Assembly (NCBI GenBank): GCA_951406725.2
Contig: OX597815.1
Coordinates: forward strand, 20,832,001 to 20,896,000
DNA length: 64,000 nucleotides
Reading direction: 5' to 3'
DNA from: Octopus vulgaris
Taxonomy: Eukaryota
The notes beneath the pieces are model-generated. The model worked only from the letters and a program-made list of their open reading frames with translations, was not told the origin of the DNA and ran no database searches. Shown piece after piece: positions 14,221-28,495 of the stretch. Within the stretch, counting starts at the first letter, position 1. Each line of letters begins with the position of its first letter. A program made the translations under genes and the position numbers.

Positions 14221-14820
14221 GAGCAGATTCTACGTTAGTACGATGCATGCGCAGTCTAGGAGAGTGAGCTCATTGCAAGCCAGTACTGGAAGATTAGTTT
14301 CAGAGCGAATACAAAATAGTTAATCTATAATCGTTAGTCTGACAAAATATTCTGTTTCGCCTGTTAAGCCGTTGGCCGGAGAGAATATATATTTTGTCGG
14401 AGTAGGGATTAAATATTTTTTATATTTATATATGTATATTGTATGAAAGAAATTTATGAGAAATAAATGATTTTTTAATGTCATTGGGGTATAATATTAA
14501 AGAAATAAATAACTCCAAGTTTGATGATGTTACCGAAGTTTTGTGGCTGTTGGGGTTTTTTTTTCTTGTATCAATCAGCTCTTATCGAATAGGACCAATT
14601 ATCAAAGACATTCTAGATCTAAATATCCTTTATATTGAGGGGCAAGCTGCGACTACATTATTTATAGTTTTTTTTATATACCTTATTTAAAACGATGCAG
14701 AGTGATTTGGGGAAGATTTGCTATTATTTTTTTTTCGGTCGAACAACTAAGTAAAAGCGTTTGCGTTAGTTTGTTCTTTTTTTTTCTTTCAAATCATACA
14801 ATCCCTGATAAAACAAACCT

Positions 14821-15217
14821 CTTTCTTTACTGCCCACAAGGGGCTACACACATAGGGAACAACCAAGGACAGACAAACGTATTAAGTCGATTACATCGAC
14901 CCCAGTGCGTAACTGGTACTTAATTTATCGACCCCGAATAAGTCGACCTCGTCGGAATTTGAACTCAGAACATAATGGCAAACGAAATACCTATTTCTTT
15001 ACTACCCACAAGGGGCTAAACATAGAGAGGACAAACAAGGACAGACAAACGGATTAAGTCGATTATATCGACTCCAGTGGTACGTATTTAATCGACCCCG
15101 AAAGGATGAAAGGCAAAGTCGACCTCGGCGGAATTTGAACTCAGAACGTAGCGGCAGACGAAATAACGCTAAGCATTTCGCCCGGCGTGCTAACGCTTCT
15201 GCCAGCTCGCCGCCTTC
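14821..15217 (-). mobile_element. SINE type B head-to-tail dimer with 14-bp TSD
   Basis: GATAAAACAAACCT at 14807-14820 and 15218-15231; internal junction 14990/14991. Confidence 0.93.
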
Positions 15218-15652
15218 GATAAAACAAACCTATAATCGAAAAACGTTCCAAACATAACCATCCTTTCTATATTTTCTACCCCTTTTTATGTCATGAGTGT
15301 GTGTATTGAGGAAGATTTCGCTACTACTTCTATAATATTAATTAGTCGTTGTTTAAATCTTCCTGAGACAAAAAAAATATTCTTCTCATAAATGAAATTA
15401 AAAACACATCAGATCCAGTTTGAAAATTTAGATTAACGATAGAAACTTTTTGTCTTTAATTGGGTTAATTTTCATCAGCCAATAATTATGTAAGCAGCAA
15501 ATATATCTATTTATAAAGAAATTGCTTTTTCAGATATTTTCTTTTAATTGGCAATCACTGAATATTTGATGTAACGTGAAGTTAGAGAAATCATTGATTT
15601 CACTTCAGTTTCTCCACACATCCAGTATCATTTTTATTATTATCCTTGAGAG

Positions 15653-16202
15653 GGTGGCGAGCTGGCAGAAACGTTAGCACGCGGGCGAAATACTTAGCGG
15701 TTTTTCGTCTGCCGTTACGTTCTGAGTTCAAATTCCGCCGAGGTCAACTTTGCCTTTCATTCTTTCGGGGTCGATAAATTAAGTACCAGTTACGCACTGG
15801 TGTCGATATAATTGACTTAATCCGTTTGTCTGTCCTTGTTTGTCCGCTCTCTGTTTAGCCCCTTGTGGGTAGTAAAGAAATAGGTATTTCGTCTGCCGTT
15901 ACGTTCTGAATTCAAATTCTGCTGAGGTCGACTTTGCCTTTCATCCTTTCGGGGTCGATAAATTAAGTACCAGTTACGCACTGGTGTCGATATAATCGAC
16001 TTAATCCGTTTGTCTGTACTTGTTTGTCCCTTCTGTGTTTAGCCCCTTGTGGGTAGTTAAGAAATAGGTATTTCATCTGCCGTTACGTTCTGAGTTCAAA
16101 TTCTGCCGAGGTCCACTTTGCTTTCGTTCTTTCGGAGTCGATTAAATAAGTACCAGTTACGCACCGGGGTCGATGAAATCGACTTAATCCCTATGTTTAG
16201 CC
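15653..16202 (+). mobile_element. SINE type B trimer (184-bp unit)
   Basis: One head, junctions GAAATAG|GTATTTC at 15883/4 and 16067/8. Confidence 0.93.
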
Positions 16203-16924
16203 ACCCCGCACCCCCACTTGAGAAAAGTCACACATTTCCCTTTCCATAATAGGGCATTCATGTCTATTCAGAAAGAAGCAATGTTTTAATACTAGAGTTA
16301 TTTAACACCCAGCCAACCCCGATTAACCAGACCTATAATCAAAGACGTTCCAGTTATAATCATTTCATCCTCTTGTATAACAAGAACTATTTTATTCAAT
16401 GGGTCCGTCCTTCCGTCGTTAAATTTGTAGGATATGAATTAATGAAAATTTGGCTGCTGTTTTTTAGAAGACCAAGTGGCTTTATAGGGGTTCCCCTCAT
16501 TGATTCGTTGGCTAATACTGAGATTGTAGGAGTTGGTAGAAATAGAAATTATCTATTGTATCTAGTTCCGTGTCTCAGTTACCTTCATTTAAATTCAGAG
16601 AAGATACATTTTCTTTTAATCTTCCTAAACAATTAATTAGAAATCTCATCTTTCATCATACCAGGGTCGATAAAATAGAGAACCATTGAAGAAATGAGGA
16701 CGATTTAATCAATTGATACTGTTGTCTCGCTTCTTCAAGGCTGAGAATTCTAAAAGAGCCATCTTGGTGTTGTTTACACTTTCAGTGTCGATCAAGGATT
16801 AAACCTCAACGATCAGGGTATTTCTGAGAGCAGTGGTGACGTCAGATATTTATAGGTTTAAAATATATTATTTAGACGTAAATCGTTAGAAGGATGTAAT
16901 CATCTACAATTTCTCATACATGAT

Positions 16925-17312
16925 ATTCTTTTCTATTCAGGCACAAGGTCAGAAATTTTGGGGTACGTGTCAATTAGATCGACTCCAGTACGCAACTGGT
17001 ACTTAATTTATCGAACCCGAAAGGATGAAAGGCAAAGTCGACCTCGGCGGAATTTGAACTCAAAACGTAAAGACAAACGAAATACATATTTCTTTATTAC
17101 CCACAAGGGGCTAAACATAGAGGGGACAAACAAGGACAAAGGTATTAAGTCGATTACATCGACACCAGCGCGTAACTGGTACTTAATTTATCGACCCCGA
17201 AAGGATGAAAGGCAAAGTCGACCTCGGCGGAATTTGAACTCAGAATGTAATGGCAGACGAAATACGGCTACGCATTTCGCCCGGCCTGCTAACGTTTCTG
17301 CCAGCTCGCCGC
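16925..17312 (-). mobile_element. SINE type B dimer (long unit plus short-3' unit)
   Basis: Head at 17312, junction near 17085. Confidence 0.9.
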
Positions 17313-18028
17313 ATTTCTCCTACAGAATATTTCCCCCCTCCACTATGTCTTGTAGAAAGTAGCCGTTGTATTTTAAATATGCCCTTTTTTTTATAGACTA
17401 AACAAAATACTCTAGATTGTGCAAGGGGGATTGTCTTTTATCGTCTCGTACAATAATATTTTGATTCACAATGATCTCTTTTAATGTCGCAGAGATTCCG
17501 CCTTCAGAAAACATTCTCCCTATATTAAACTACTGGCTCATATCTGCTACCAAAATGGAATGGCGAAAGATCCAAGGAATCTTGCATGCAGCCTTGGATT
17601 AGATAACATCTTGATGTGACATACGATCACTACTTTGACAACACCACCTGACACACATCAATCGACGAAATAATGCGTTTTACAGGGAACATATGCTACA
17701 GCAAAAGTCTAGGTTTTATTGATGTTACCAAGCTAGACGAATACTCCACAAAACAGATTAAAATTTTTAAAAAAATGTAGTAAACTCATGTATATATTCA
17801 TAGCGGAATTCTTTAAAATATATCTACAATAGCTGGGTATATTCGTAAGATAACATATGAAATGATCAATACATTTTAAAATTTAAGATTACTGAAAGTA
17901 GGTATAGGAATGTGGAATTCTTCATTGTTAAGAAAGTATTTACATGAGATTTGTAAAATTGATTCTATAAAGGAGTGTGTGTGTGTGCGTGCGAGAACGC
18001 GCGTGTGTTTGTGTTTGTGTTTGTGTGT

Positions 18029-18069
<41 letters not shown>

Positions 18070-18460
18070 TACGGACATATGTTATCTATATGGTTGTATG
18101 AGAGTGTATGTTAGTGTGTAGTCATATAGATAGATTTAATGGATGCATATATGTGTGCGTGTGTGTCTGCGGGCATTTGTGCGTGAGTATGTGTGTATGG
18201 ATATGTGTGTGATATTTATAAATCGTTTTGACAGTTTTGATATATTTATAACTAAATTTTTATCTATCTAGTATCTATTCAGTCACTCTATCTGTCTGTC
18301 CATCTTTCTCTTTCTCTCTCTTTCTCTCTCTCTATCTCTCTCTCTATCTCCCTGTATATATATATACGTACACACGCACATGCAACACACGCACACGTAC
18401 TCACACATATATATATATGTGTGTGTGTGTGATCCCTCTCATTTGTACACACACACACAG

Positions 18461-18523
<63 letters not shown>

Positions 18524-18539
18524 CATACGTTTATATATA

Positions 18540-18747
18540 CAGGGTGTGCCAGAAATTGCGCACCGTCCTGGTTTTTATTAAAAGAATACACCCTTATTGA
18601 TTTCAAAAATATTTTACTGAAATTAATTGTGACAAATGCTCAAACTGAGCACCCTCTACAATAATACATGCCGAAAAAAATATAATGAAATAAAATGCTT
18701 TATTTTTAATAGAAACCAGAATGGTGCGCGACTTCTGGGACACCCTG
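18540..18747. mobile_element. Tc1/mariner-type MITE
   Basis: About 44-bp TIRs CAGGGTGT(G/C)CCAGAA..GCGCACC..CTGGTTT; TA on both sides. Confidence 0.92.
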
Positions 18748-18805
18748 TATATATATAAATAATATATATATGCATACACACACACACACACACACACATA
18801 TGCAT

Positions 18806-19299
18806 ATGTGGGTACAGTAAGTCCCTAGCGATAAACAGCATGAAATAAAAAATAAACAAATGAGTTCAATATGCTAACAATGAGAGAAACAAAGGGAAAA
18901 CAGGACAGTCTATCTACTCCTCATTTCGAGCATTGGACGACAAAATGAGTCTTCGAAGACGCTTGCTTCCATAAATACCAAAATAAAATTTGGGAATTAT
19001 GGGGGCTCAATGTTGGGAACAAAAACAAGACAGTGGCGACATACAAGGAAACCGAACGAAAACAAACATAGAGGATCGTTAGACCTGAACGAGGGTAAAA
19101 TAGCAAACGCTGGAGAAACATTTTCTTTGGAAAGAGAAAAGATACAAGAGATAGATTACGTCCAGTCCTTAGGACATTCCTGAAAAAAAAAAAACGGTCA
19201 CGTGAGGAAAAGAAAGATGGACGATGGTCACGTTTCATTCTTTGTGTTGCTTGTCCTATTTTCCATGTGTTTCTCTCGTTGTTTGCATATTGAACTCAT
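18806..19299. mobile_element. Penelope-like non-coding element with 48-bp inverted arms
   Basis: 18860-18907 is the imperfect reverse complement of 19252-19299, with a unique extension on the left. Confidence 0.6.
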
Positions 19300-19317
19300 A
19301 TTTATATATGCACATGT

Positions 19318-19460
19318 CTTTTATCTTTTACCTTTTATCTTTTACTCGTTTCAGACATTTTTGATTGAAGCCATGCTGGGGTACCGTCTTGAAAAGAATT
19401 CGGTAATTAGAAGAGTGTAGTTGCGATCTACAGACCCCTGGACTACGTGTCCAGTACTCT
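19318..19460 (-). mobile_element. SINE type A 3' fragment
   Basis: (TCTTTTA)n tail, GTTTCAGAC..GCCATGCTGGGG. Confidence 0.6.
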
Positions 19461-19480
19461 GCTTTGTATGTATGTGTGTA

Positions 19481-19524
<44 letters not shown>

Positions 19525-19553
19525 TATATACATATACATATATATACATATAT

Positions 19554-19614
<61 letters not shown>

Positions 19615-20736
19615 TATATATATATATATATATATGATATGTAATAAAATATAAACATGTACGCATTCAACGATATATATTTACATTAGCGCAGAAATGC
19701 ACGCGCACAATTAACTGTAATTGTATAAATCCCATGTGTCTGCATCATGCTGGCATATATATATATATGTGTGTGTGTGTATGTATATGTGTGTGTGTGT
19801 ATGTATATGTGTGTGTGTATATGTGTGTTTGTATGTGTGTATGTGCGTTTATGTATGTATGTTTATTACGAATGTGCGTATCAAAACCTATAGAATAGAA
19901 CAGAAAATAGAAGAAAATTAATTCGGGTACCAGTGATTTTGTGTGTATCCTGTTATATCGGAAAAACTTTTCAAGTCGAATCGGGAAGAGAAACACGTTT
20001 CGTAAAACTTATTAATTTCCCTCCGAGCTATCATTAAAAATTAAATCTAAATTATTATCTTTCTGAACAAACTGACTAGTGTTTGCTATAATAAATTAAA
20101 AAAGTTATAGAACCTCTAGAAGATTGTCCGTGTGCTACAAGCTGGTTGTCATCAGTGCACTTCTGTGTCTCAAGCACAGGGGTTGTGTATAGGTGTGGAT
20201 TGAAGTCAGTCCTCACAAATATATAACTAGTATTCCTTTGCCGGTGCTCATGTCTGGGTTTTATAGAAGTAGAAGGCCTGTGTGCAATAGAAAGCCAATG
20301 CTTCGCAGCAACATAACAGTATAACACAGTGGCCAGTGTATCACAGTAGCACACTTGTGTCTCAAATATATCAGACCTAAGTTATTTAGCACCTCTTCTC
20401 GGCAACCAGATTAAATCAGCGATGTGCGATAAAGCGTTCTAGCAAAAAATACAGTGTTGAATACCCGAAGCAGATTTGAACTCACTATCCACAAGCATGT
20501 TGCTGAATATGTATTCATCCGCCACTTCATTTCTAGTCATTTGTGGCACTATCTACAGACTAGACAAAGAGAAAAAAATGTTTGACTCTTGTCGTCGGCT
20601 CTGAATAACTACCTTCTTTTAGTTTATATATAAAAGTATATGTATATATTTTGGCGCATTATACTTTCCAATTTTAGTGTAGTTCGTGGTTTAATTTTTC
20701 GTTGGTAGTTGCGTGTGAGGATAAGAATTACCATAC

Positions 20737-20967
20737 CTATTTCTTTACTACCCACAAGGGGCTAAACACAGAGGGGACAAATAAGGACAGACAAACGGAT
20801 TAAGTCGATTACATCGACCCCAGTGCGTAACTGGTACTTATTTAATCGACCCCGAAAGGATGAAAGGCAAAGTCGACCTCGGCGGAATTTGAACTCAGAA
20901 TGTAGCGGCAGTCGAAATACTGCTAAGCATTTCGCCCGGCGTGCTAACGATTCTGCCAACTCGCCGC
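20737..20967 (-). mobile_element. SINE type B full monomer
   Basis: Complete head to AAAGAAATAGG end; GATAAGAATTACCATACC duplicated nearby. Confidence 0.95.
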
Positions 20968-22729
20968 CATACCACTATAGATGGTAAGAATTATAGATAA
21001 GAATTACCATACCACTATAGATTGAGTTTTCAAACATTAATCGCATAGCTTGCATTTATGTGTGTACATACAAATAAATTAATGGAACAACACTCACGGA
21101 TCAACTTACATAATAGTTAGTAGTCTTCTAATGTTCAACGAGCTTAATAATATTACGAAAGCAGACAGACCATAGTTACTGAAGATAAAATATATATATA
21201 TAGTATTTAAATTACTGCATATAATCAATGTGCATACTCGACATAACAAACTGATATTAGTGCGCTTTGTCGGAGCAAAGTGACAGATTCCTTTAGACGG
21301 CTGAGTGACTCTGGTTCCAGGGTTGATTTTTCGCTAACATTTCATAACTATAAACTACATTTCCTTCGGCGAAACTGTTTGGCGAGAAAACTCGCACATG
21401 TGTTTTGAAATTTGGGGTATCAACCGTAGGAAGTCTACCAGTGCTAATTTGTTGTGCAATATCCATGTAAGCGCTAATGACTCCCTTTTAATGGCAAGGT
21501 GTTCCCTTTTATGTTGATACATTAGGTCGTAGTTCTGAGTTGAGAAAATCTGAGATCTATGGCTTAAAACTTAGTAGGAGCCTCGCTACATAATCGTTTA
21601 TTTAACTAAATTTGTAGTCGATTTGTTTTTGCTGACTTTATTCTTCGTCTTTATTTAGAAATCATACACTTGCAATTCTTTCTAAATCATCTGCTAACTA
21701 AAAACTTACGGTTATATTTCCCATGATATATACCAACAAACATCGTTCATTTTCTTTTTTCAACTATTGCGATAAACATAAATATATCTTAAAAGTTAGC
21801 TATATCTATATCTAGCTATTTTCTTCAAGCTCATATAACCTACTTACCTTCAACACTTGTCACAACTCTACAAAGCGACAATTTTGAGGTTTAATGTTGA
21901 TTTTTACATCACTATTTACACTTATATTTATTAAACATTTTTTTCAAAATTCTAAACTAAATATAGTTCAGATTACTCCACAAAAACTTTTTCTGCGTAT
22001 TTATTCAACATCAACTATTAATAGTATAGTTTGGTTCCATAAAACAGTTCTAATGTCATTATATAAGTGTAGAAATTTATTACGTTTCTTTGATAAAATC
22101 AAGATTTGTTATTCCAAAAGAAAGAAAAACTCCAAACAAACCTTAACACATTCGGCTATTTTCAGTAAAGAAATAAGTGAACAGTATATATGTTGAGTGA
22201 AGGAATTCATTTTTATAATATTCTGTTTGCGTATCCTGAAAGTGCAAATATGATTGCATCAATGCTATTACTTTTGTTAATATTGTTTTTCTCTTTCTTA
22301 CTGTGCTTGTAAGTTACATGGATTTTCTATCTATACTTATCATTATATTTGGATATTTAGATCTAGATGCCCGCATGTATAGTTCACAGGGGCTCGCTGT
22401 TTCGTCGATGCACTTTGAGAAAAGCGTTGCAAAAAGTAAAATTAGAGATATCGGTTACATTGCTTATCGAGTCAGCTTATCTTGTCATTTATCCGGGGAA
22501 AGATTTCAATCGCGAAGAAGGATGTTTGATGCCAAAGGGGAATACGACAATGCATTATGTGTCAAGTCATATTTTCTGCAGGTTTGTCAATTGTTCATAT
22601 ATATAATTCCTGAAAAAGACATTCCAGCTTACAATATTAAAAAAAAAGCCTATATATTATTTATATCAATATATATACATACATAAATACACACACACAC
22701 ACACATATATATATATGTGTGTGTGTGTG

Positions 22730-22773
<44 letters not shown>

Positions 22774-23858
22774 GTATGTATGTATGTATATAAGTGTACA
22801 TGTGTGCATATATATACATATGTAAGTGTTTATGTGTGTATATTAAATGCATACACATACACAAGCACATTAGACTCTATTTTGAGTGTTATAGAAACTT
22901 CAATGTGTTTATAACTATATCTCAGTACACACACATACACACACACACACACACAAACGCACACATATATATCGGGGGGAATTGTCTGTATAAAACTATA
23001 GTTGCAAAATTATATGTATGTGTGCGTGTATATACATACATACATGCACATATACAATATATAATACACATATACATCAAAGGTTTATGTGTTTGTATAT
23101 ATACATATATACATTTATATAATAGTATGTGTGTATATATATATATATATAAGTGTATGTATATATATAAGTGTATGTATATATATATGTATTTATATAT
23201 ATATATATACATTCATACATTTATATATATGTATGTATGTATGTATATATGTGTATATATATATAAACATACATACATACATTTATATGTATGTATAGAA
23301 TATATTATATAATGTATAAATAGTATGTATATGTGTGTGTCTATGTCTAATTTATATACAAACAGAAATGCATACAGAGATAAATATATATATTTGTATG
23401 TCAGAGTATAAACATAAGCATATGAATGTGTGCAAATATTTGCGCGTGAATGAGGGCGCGTGAATATATGTATGTGAGCGCATGCGTATGCGTGTGAAAT
23501 ATATATAAAAATGAAGGACAAAGCTGGAAGCAATGGGAACAAAGAAATGCCAGTAGTTTAACTAACGACAAAATGAGAAATTTGCAGTGAGCAGTTTAGA
23601 TGGACGTTCTAAATTTGTGTCTCTAAGGACCACAGAGAGGTGGAGAGATATAAGATAGACAGAGAATGTAGCTTTAGAAGCTTTGTTCTTATCCTAAAAT
23701 ACCCGATCGTCTACTGGTAGTATCTTCGCTTTCTAGCACTGCTGGATGGAGTGGGCGATACGCTTGAAGGTGCCGATATCATTGTGATCTCTGGATGACA
23801 GCTGATAAGGGAAGTGACCGTCAGCGTAAGCTGCATGTACACTATGTATGTGTGTGCA

Positions 23859-23897
<39 letters not shown>

Positions 23898-24172
23898 ATA
23901 TGCGTGCATGTGTTCGTAAATGTATGTAATACGTGTTTTCATCCGTAAAGTGTGACAGTGTGTATGCTTGTGTGTATTTTTGCCCGTCTATAAGTGGGCG
24001 GCGTCGGCGTGTGTTCAATTAGGAGAAAGGGTTTCATTCATTCATTCATATTAAGTTAAAAACTACTAGAAAGTCTGTTAGCCAATTTAATATTGACTTC
24101 GTTTTATCCAACATTACATTACAGTTCTTAAACTGAGAAGAAAAGTCGCTTGAATATTCAGTCAGACGGTCT

Positions 24173-24556
24173 GGAGGCTCAATGGCCCAGTGGTTAGGGC
24201 AGCGGACTCGCGGTCATAGGATCGCGGTTTCGATTCCCAGACCGGGCGTTGTGAGTGTTTATTGAGCGAAAACACCTAAAAGCTCCACGAGGCTCCGGCA
24301 AGGGATAGTGGTGATCCCTGCTGTACTCTTTCACCACAACTTTCTCACACTCTTACTTGCTGTTTCTGTTGTACCTGTATTTCAAAGGGCCGGCCTTGTC
24401 ACTCTCTGTGTCACGCTGAATATCCCCGAGAACTACGTTAGGGGTACATGTGTCTGTGGAGTGCTCAGCCACTTACACGTTAATTTCACGAGCAGGCTGT
24501 TCCGTTGATTCGGATCAACAGGAACCCTCGTCGTCGTAACCGACGGAGTGCTTCCA
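24173..24556 (+). mobile_element. tRNA-derived SINE type C, young
   Basis: A box TGGCCCAGTGG, B box GTTTCGATTCC; about 9 differences by eye from the inverted copy at 36314-36697. Confidence 0.95.
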
Positions 24557-25055
24557 CATATTAGTCTAGAAACAATAAGGTCGAGTGGTTCGTATTAGCT
24601 CATATGTTTAGTGTCTAAATAATGGCTATTGTCCTACACCGAAGAGGAGAAAGATCGGTTGATCAACTGGCCAAACCTGTTGACGTTTTTAGATTTTTGA
24701 AGTTACGAAGGAATGTTACTCTAGCCATTATTTATAAGTTCTAACTTGAACTAGAAGTTATTCGATCGTTGTGTATTTCTGTTTTTAGCTGTTTATGATA
24801 TAACTTGAAGACGTTTTGATTCCTGTGAAAGAAAAACCAAAAAGTATTTTCAGCAAATCGTTCACAGCCTTGACAATAAGAATATGTAGAAACTTTTCTA
24901 TCGAGCAGCATATGTTGTTATTGTTATATTGTTGTGTAGCCGTAGATTGACTCTGATCAAACAGACCTATAATGAAAGATGTTCCACCCTACATCATACT
25001 GCCTATATTTCTTTTCAGACATAGCGTATTTGTCACTACATTATCTTGTTAAGCC

Positions 25056-25095
<40 letters not shown>

Positions 25096-25100
<5 letters not shown>

Positions 25101-25285
25101 GGAAAGTTTACGAAAATAAACAAAAGACGAAGGCAGGTAGTGTACAAACAAATAGATGTATTAGTATAGCGCTCAGGAAGAGAAAAAGTTTTTACATTTC
25201 GAGCCTACGCTCTTCTACAGAGATACACAGAAAAAAATAAGGAGAGAAAAAAATGTGTGTAGTAGCTAACGATCTATCATGGCGT
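25096..25285 (-). mobile_element. Penelope-like pLTR fragment with hammerhead-like motif (25190-25223)
   Basis: Minus strand CTGTAGA-aGAGCgtagGCTC-GAAA-TG-TA; follows (TA)n; related to 720-921. Confidence 0.55.
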
Positions 25286-25895
25286 CTGACTCGGACAGGT
25301 CTATATCCACCTTCAACTCCCGCACTATCTCGCATAGAAGGTCCTTTGTTAAGCAAAAGAATTGGTATGTAATTTTTAACAGTTGTTCTTGTCTAAATAC
25401 CAACAAGAAAATTTGTTCATTAGATTTTGACGCGCTGGTTTGTTGCCAAGTCTTGCGAAGTTAAATCTGCCGGTGGAATGAATTCCTAATATGGATAGAT
25501 ACGCCATAACTATAGCGCCAACTCTTGAGATCCAAGATCTACCACTCTATTGAAAAACAAGAAACCCGCACAATAATGATTTATATAAGTGGTGAGGATT
25601 CATATTTCATAGTGCCATTATATTTAACGCGATGGGAATATATCCAGTAGGAAGGGCAACCTAAATGAACTGGTAATTCCTTCCAGTTGCAGAATCTTGC
25701 AAAGAATCCAGTCTATGAGAATCCAGTCTACGAGAAACTGGCCTCGGGTTAACCTCCACAATATGTTTCTCTCTCAGAGTCTACTACGCTAACTTTTGTC
25801 TTTCTAGACTTATCCACAAGGCAGCAGGTTAGTGCAGAGTGATCGTTACCACTCGCACAGAGGCATGTTCTGACAACGACTTTATTCCTATAGTC

Positions 25896-25943
<48 letters not shown>

Positions 25944-25945
<2 letters not shown>

Positions 25946-26150
25946 CGGGATGGTGCAAAAGTATGAAAAAAGAAAATTAAGTTACGATATAAGTATTATT
26001 ATAGTTAAGATAAATGTATTATTATGATTAATGACACTGAAAATATCATAAATGAAGCTAACTAATTTTATGTGATAATAATTTTAATGAATCAAGTATT
26101 ATAACATTGATGTGATACTTATTGTATACCAACTTTTGCACCCAGCTGTG
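25944..26150. mobile_element. Degenerate Tc1/mariner-type MITE
   Basis: Imperfect TIRs CAC..GGTGCAAAAGT at both ends, TA context. Confidence 0.65.
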
Positions 26151-26194
26151 TATATATATATCATCAAAATAAGCAACAGGATACCAAGAAGTGA

Positions 26195-26280
26195 TGCAGT
26201 TCGATCGTTTCAAGCGGATCCTTTTAATTGAACAATGTAATCATTACATCAATTTAAATGCAGGGCTATCCTCAGCTGCA
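26195..26280 (-). ncRNA. Type-I hammerhead ribozyme motif with long helix II (U16.1 mutated)
   Basis: Minus strand tgcag-CTGAGGA-tAGC...GCTt-GAAA-CGATCG-AA-ctgca; perfect 5-bp helix I. Confidence 0.65.
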
Positions 26281-28344
26281 CAAATAAATAGAATTTTAAT
26301 CAGTCAGACACATTAATATAATAATATATATATCCATGACCTTCGAAAGATCCATGCTAGGTACGTCACTAAGAAAACACATTCGAAATGAGATCATTCG
26401 AGAACAGAGCGAAGTTAACGATGTGGTTGAAACGTACCGAAACTACAAGTTCTACTGAACCGAACATGTCACAAGGTTCACAGATAACAGTTAGATCCAT
26501 GCAGCTGGCGAGTGGTAGGTATAATCCCATGAGATCGGGAAAGGCCAATTGGTAGGCCTCCACGACGATGAAGAGAAGATTTAGTCCAGCAATTCCGTTC
26601 AAGATGAAAAAGAAAAATATTGTATGGTTAAGTTCAGATACACTTCAGATATGGATATTTCTTCTAAAATTAAAGACACAGAAAACTACTTCGAAATTTC
26701 ATCTCTACCCAGATTATAAATTCACTTTATAAATAATAATTTATACACTTCGTTGCCCTGGTAAATGTTTAAATGCTATTTAGTAATTGGGAATTTCAAG
26801 CCAAGATACTAACCAGCCAACACGCAGTTTTCAGATGCGTTAAGCAGAATGGTAAAAATATGCAAAGATTTTCTAAAATTCAATGTGTAACTGCCTTTCG
26901 TTTTTGTAATCCAGTGATGGGGTTTCGTCTCCTTGTTAGATACCAGCTTCTTTCTTATAGGAAGACCTCATGCAATTAACACGGAAACATATTGTACATG
27001 TATATGTACATATACAAACATTACGCGTATCTATGTAAGCGTACAATATTCACAATTGAAGTACAATCACATTTTTCTGATCGTGTAATGCTACTGCCAT
27101 CTAGTGGCCAAGTATTATCGAATTATTATTGCTAATTGAGGTTCTGTTTCCCAACATTCATGAAATTTCTATATATGTCTATCTTGACTGGATCCAATAC
27201 AGTAATTTCCTGAGCACAAAGTAATTTGACGAGGGAAAGAAATTGCTGCTATAACCTAAGAATAGTTGAATGATGAAAACTTTACGAACTCCCATACTGT
27301 CTATCTTCTTCTGATTTAAAGACAGTATTTATAACTTTCTTGTTCAGTAGTAACAGTCGTTTCAGTACCAGCATCACAATCAGCATTATCAACAGCAGTA
27401 ATAGCTTTCTCGTTTTATTAAATCTACTAATCATGAAATACATCTACCAGAGCAATCCATTACCATTATAGCTTCCAGATAAGAATCCTCAAGTTACTTT
27501 GGCACCATTAAGTCCGTTTGACCTTTTACATTATCAATATCAATAAAAGGGTTTTATGTATTTAATCAGTGTTGTATTGCTAAACCATTGCATCTCAGAT
27601 TTGTCCTTGCCTTTCTAATATAATTCTCCACTTTCAATCAGTCAGCCAGAACATCCAGAACATTCGTTGCCTCTATCACTTGGGAAAAGAAAACAGCAAA
27701 AACAAGAAAAAAAGCAAATAAATGCAAGTAAATGTAGAGATGCGCAAATGCATAGAGCAAAACCAAGCTAAGATGCAAACATCAAAAATAACAAATAACA
27801 ATAAAGCAACGGAGAATTTAGCATGGAACTATGAAGCTAAAGGTCATTAGCTTAGGGGAGAGAATACGGAGAAAGGTTTCATGAAGAGGAAAGAGAGAAA
27901 GGGAGAAAAAGAAGAAAAGCATTTGCAACCTAATGACATTTCTTTGTCTTCAATTCATTTTCATGAACTGCTACAGTCTGGTTCGGAATTTAACATCATG
28001 ACTTTTTACACCTGTGAAGCAAACTGATTCTTCTTATGCTTTTTCTCTGAAAACTTTCTTTCTCAAGAAGGTCATCACCCTTGTTGATGTTGACGACGAA
28101 CCCTCAATCAGCCCCGATCGAACATATCTATGTTCATATATCTTCCATCTGTAACCATCCGGTCTGTTTTATAGTCTTATTGCAAAGGCAAGACATTGGC
28201 GTTTTCAATACCTCTGATCACAGGTTTGCTCAGTCAGTCTAACTTAAGTTGTGTTTCGACGATTAACGAATACCCATATTAATTAGAAACATAAATGAAA
28301 AGTCGAATTTGAAGGAAAGAGTATAGTCGACCGTAAAGAGAATG

Positions 28345-28495
28345 AAAAAGGCTACGAAACGGCTGAATCGTAAGAGCGTAAGATATTTGCCGTTCAGTAT
28401 TTTATCTGGCCCTCTGTACGCTGACATCAAACTTCGCGGAGGTCAGCCTCGCTTTTCATCCTTTAGAAGTCGGTGATATAAAGTACCGGTCCGGA
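28345..28495 (+). mobile_element. Old degenerate SINE type B
   Basis: GCTTTTCATCCTTTAGAAGTCGGTGATATAAAGTACC core. Confidence 0.55.

Noticed and set aside
15653-16202. Regularly spaced repeats suggesting a CRISPR array
   Set aside because: Whole 184-bp units repeat with no unique spacers; eukaryotic SINE concatemer
20100-20380. Possible solo LTR or CTGATGA motif
   Set aside because: No GAAA partner, TSD or clear TG..CA ends
23737-23825. Segment with acceptor- and donor-like ends (TTCTAG..GTAAGC)
   Set aside because: Stops in all three frames and no other support
24173-24245. tRNA-like sequence
   Set aside because: SINE head without a proper acceptor stem; not a tRNA gene
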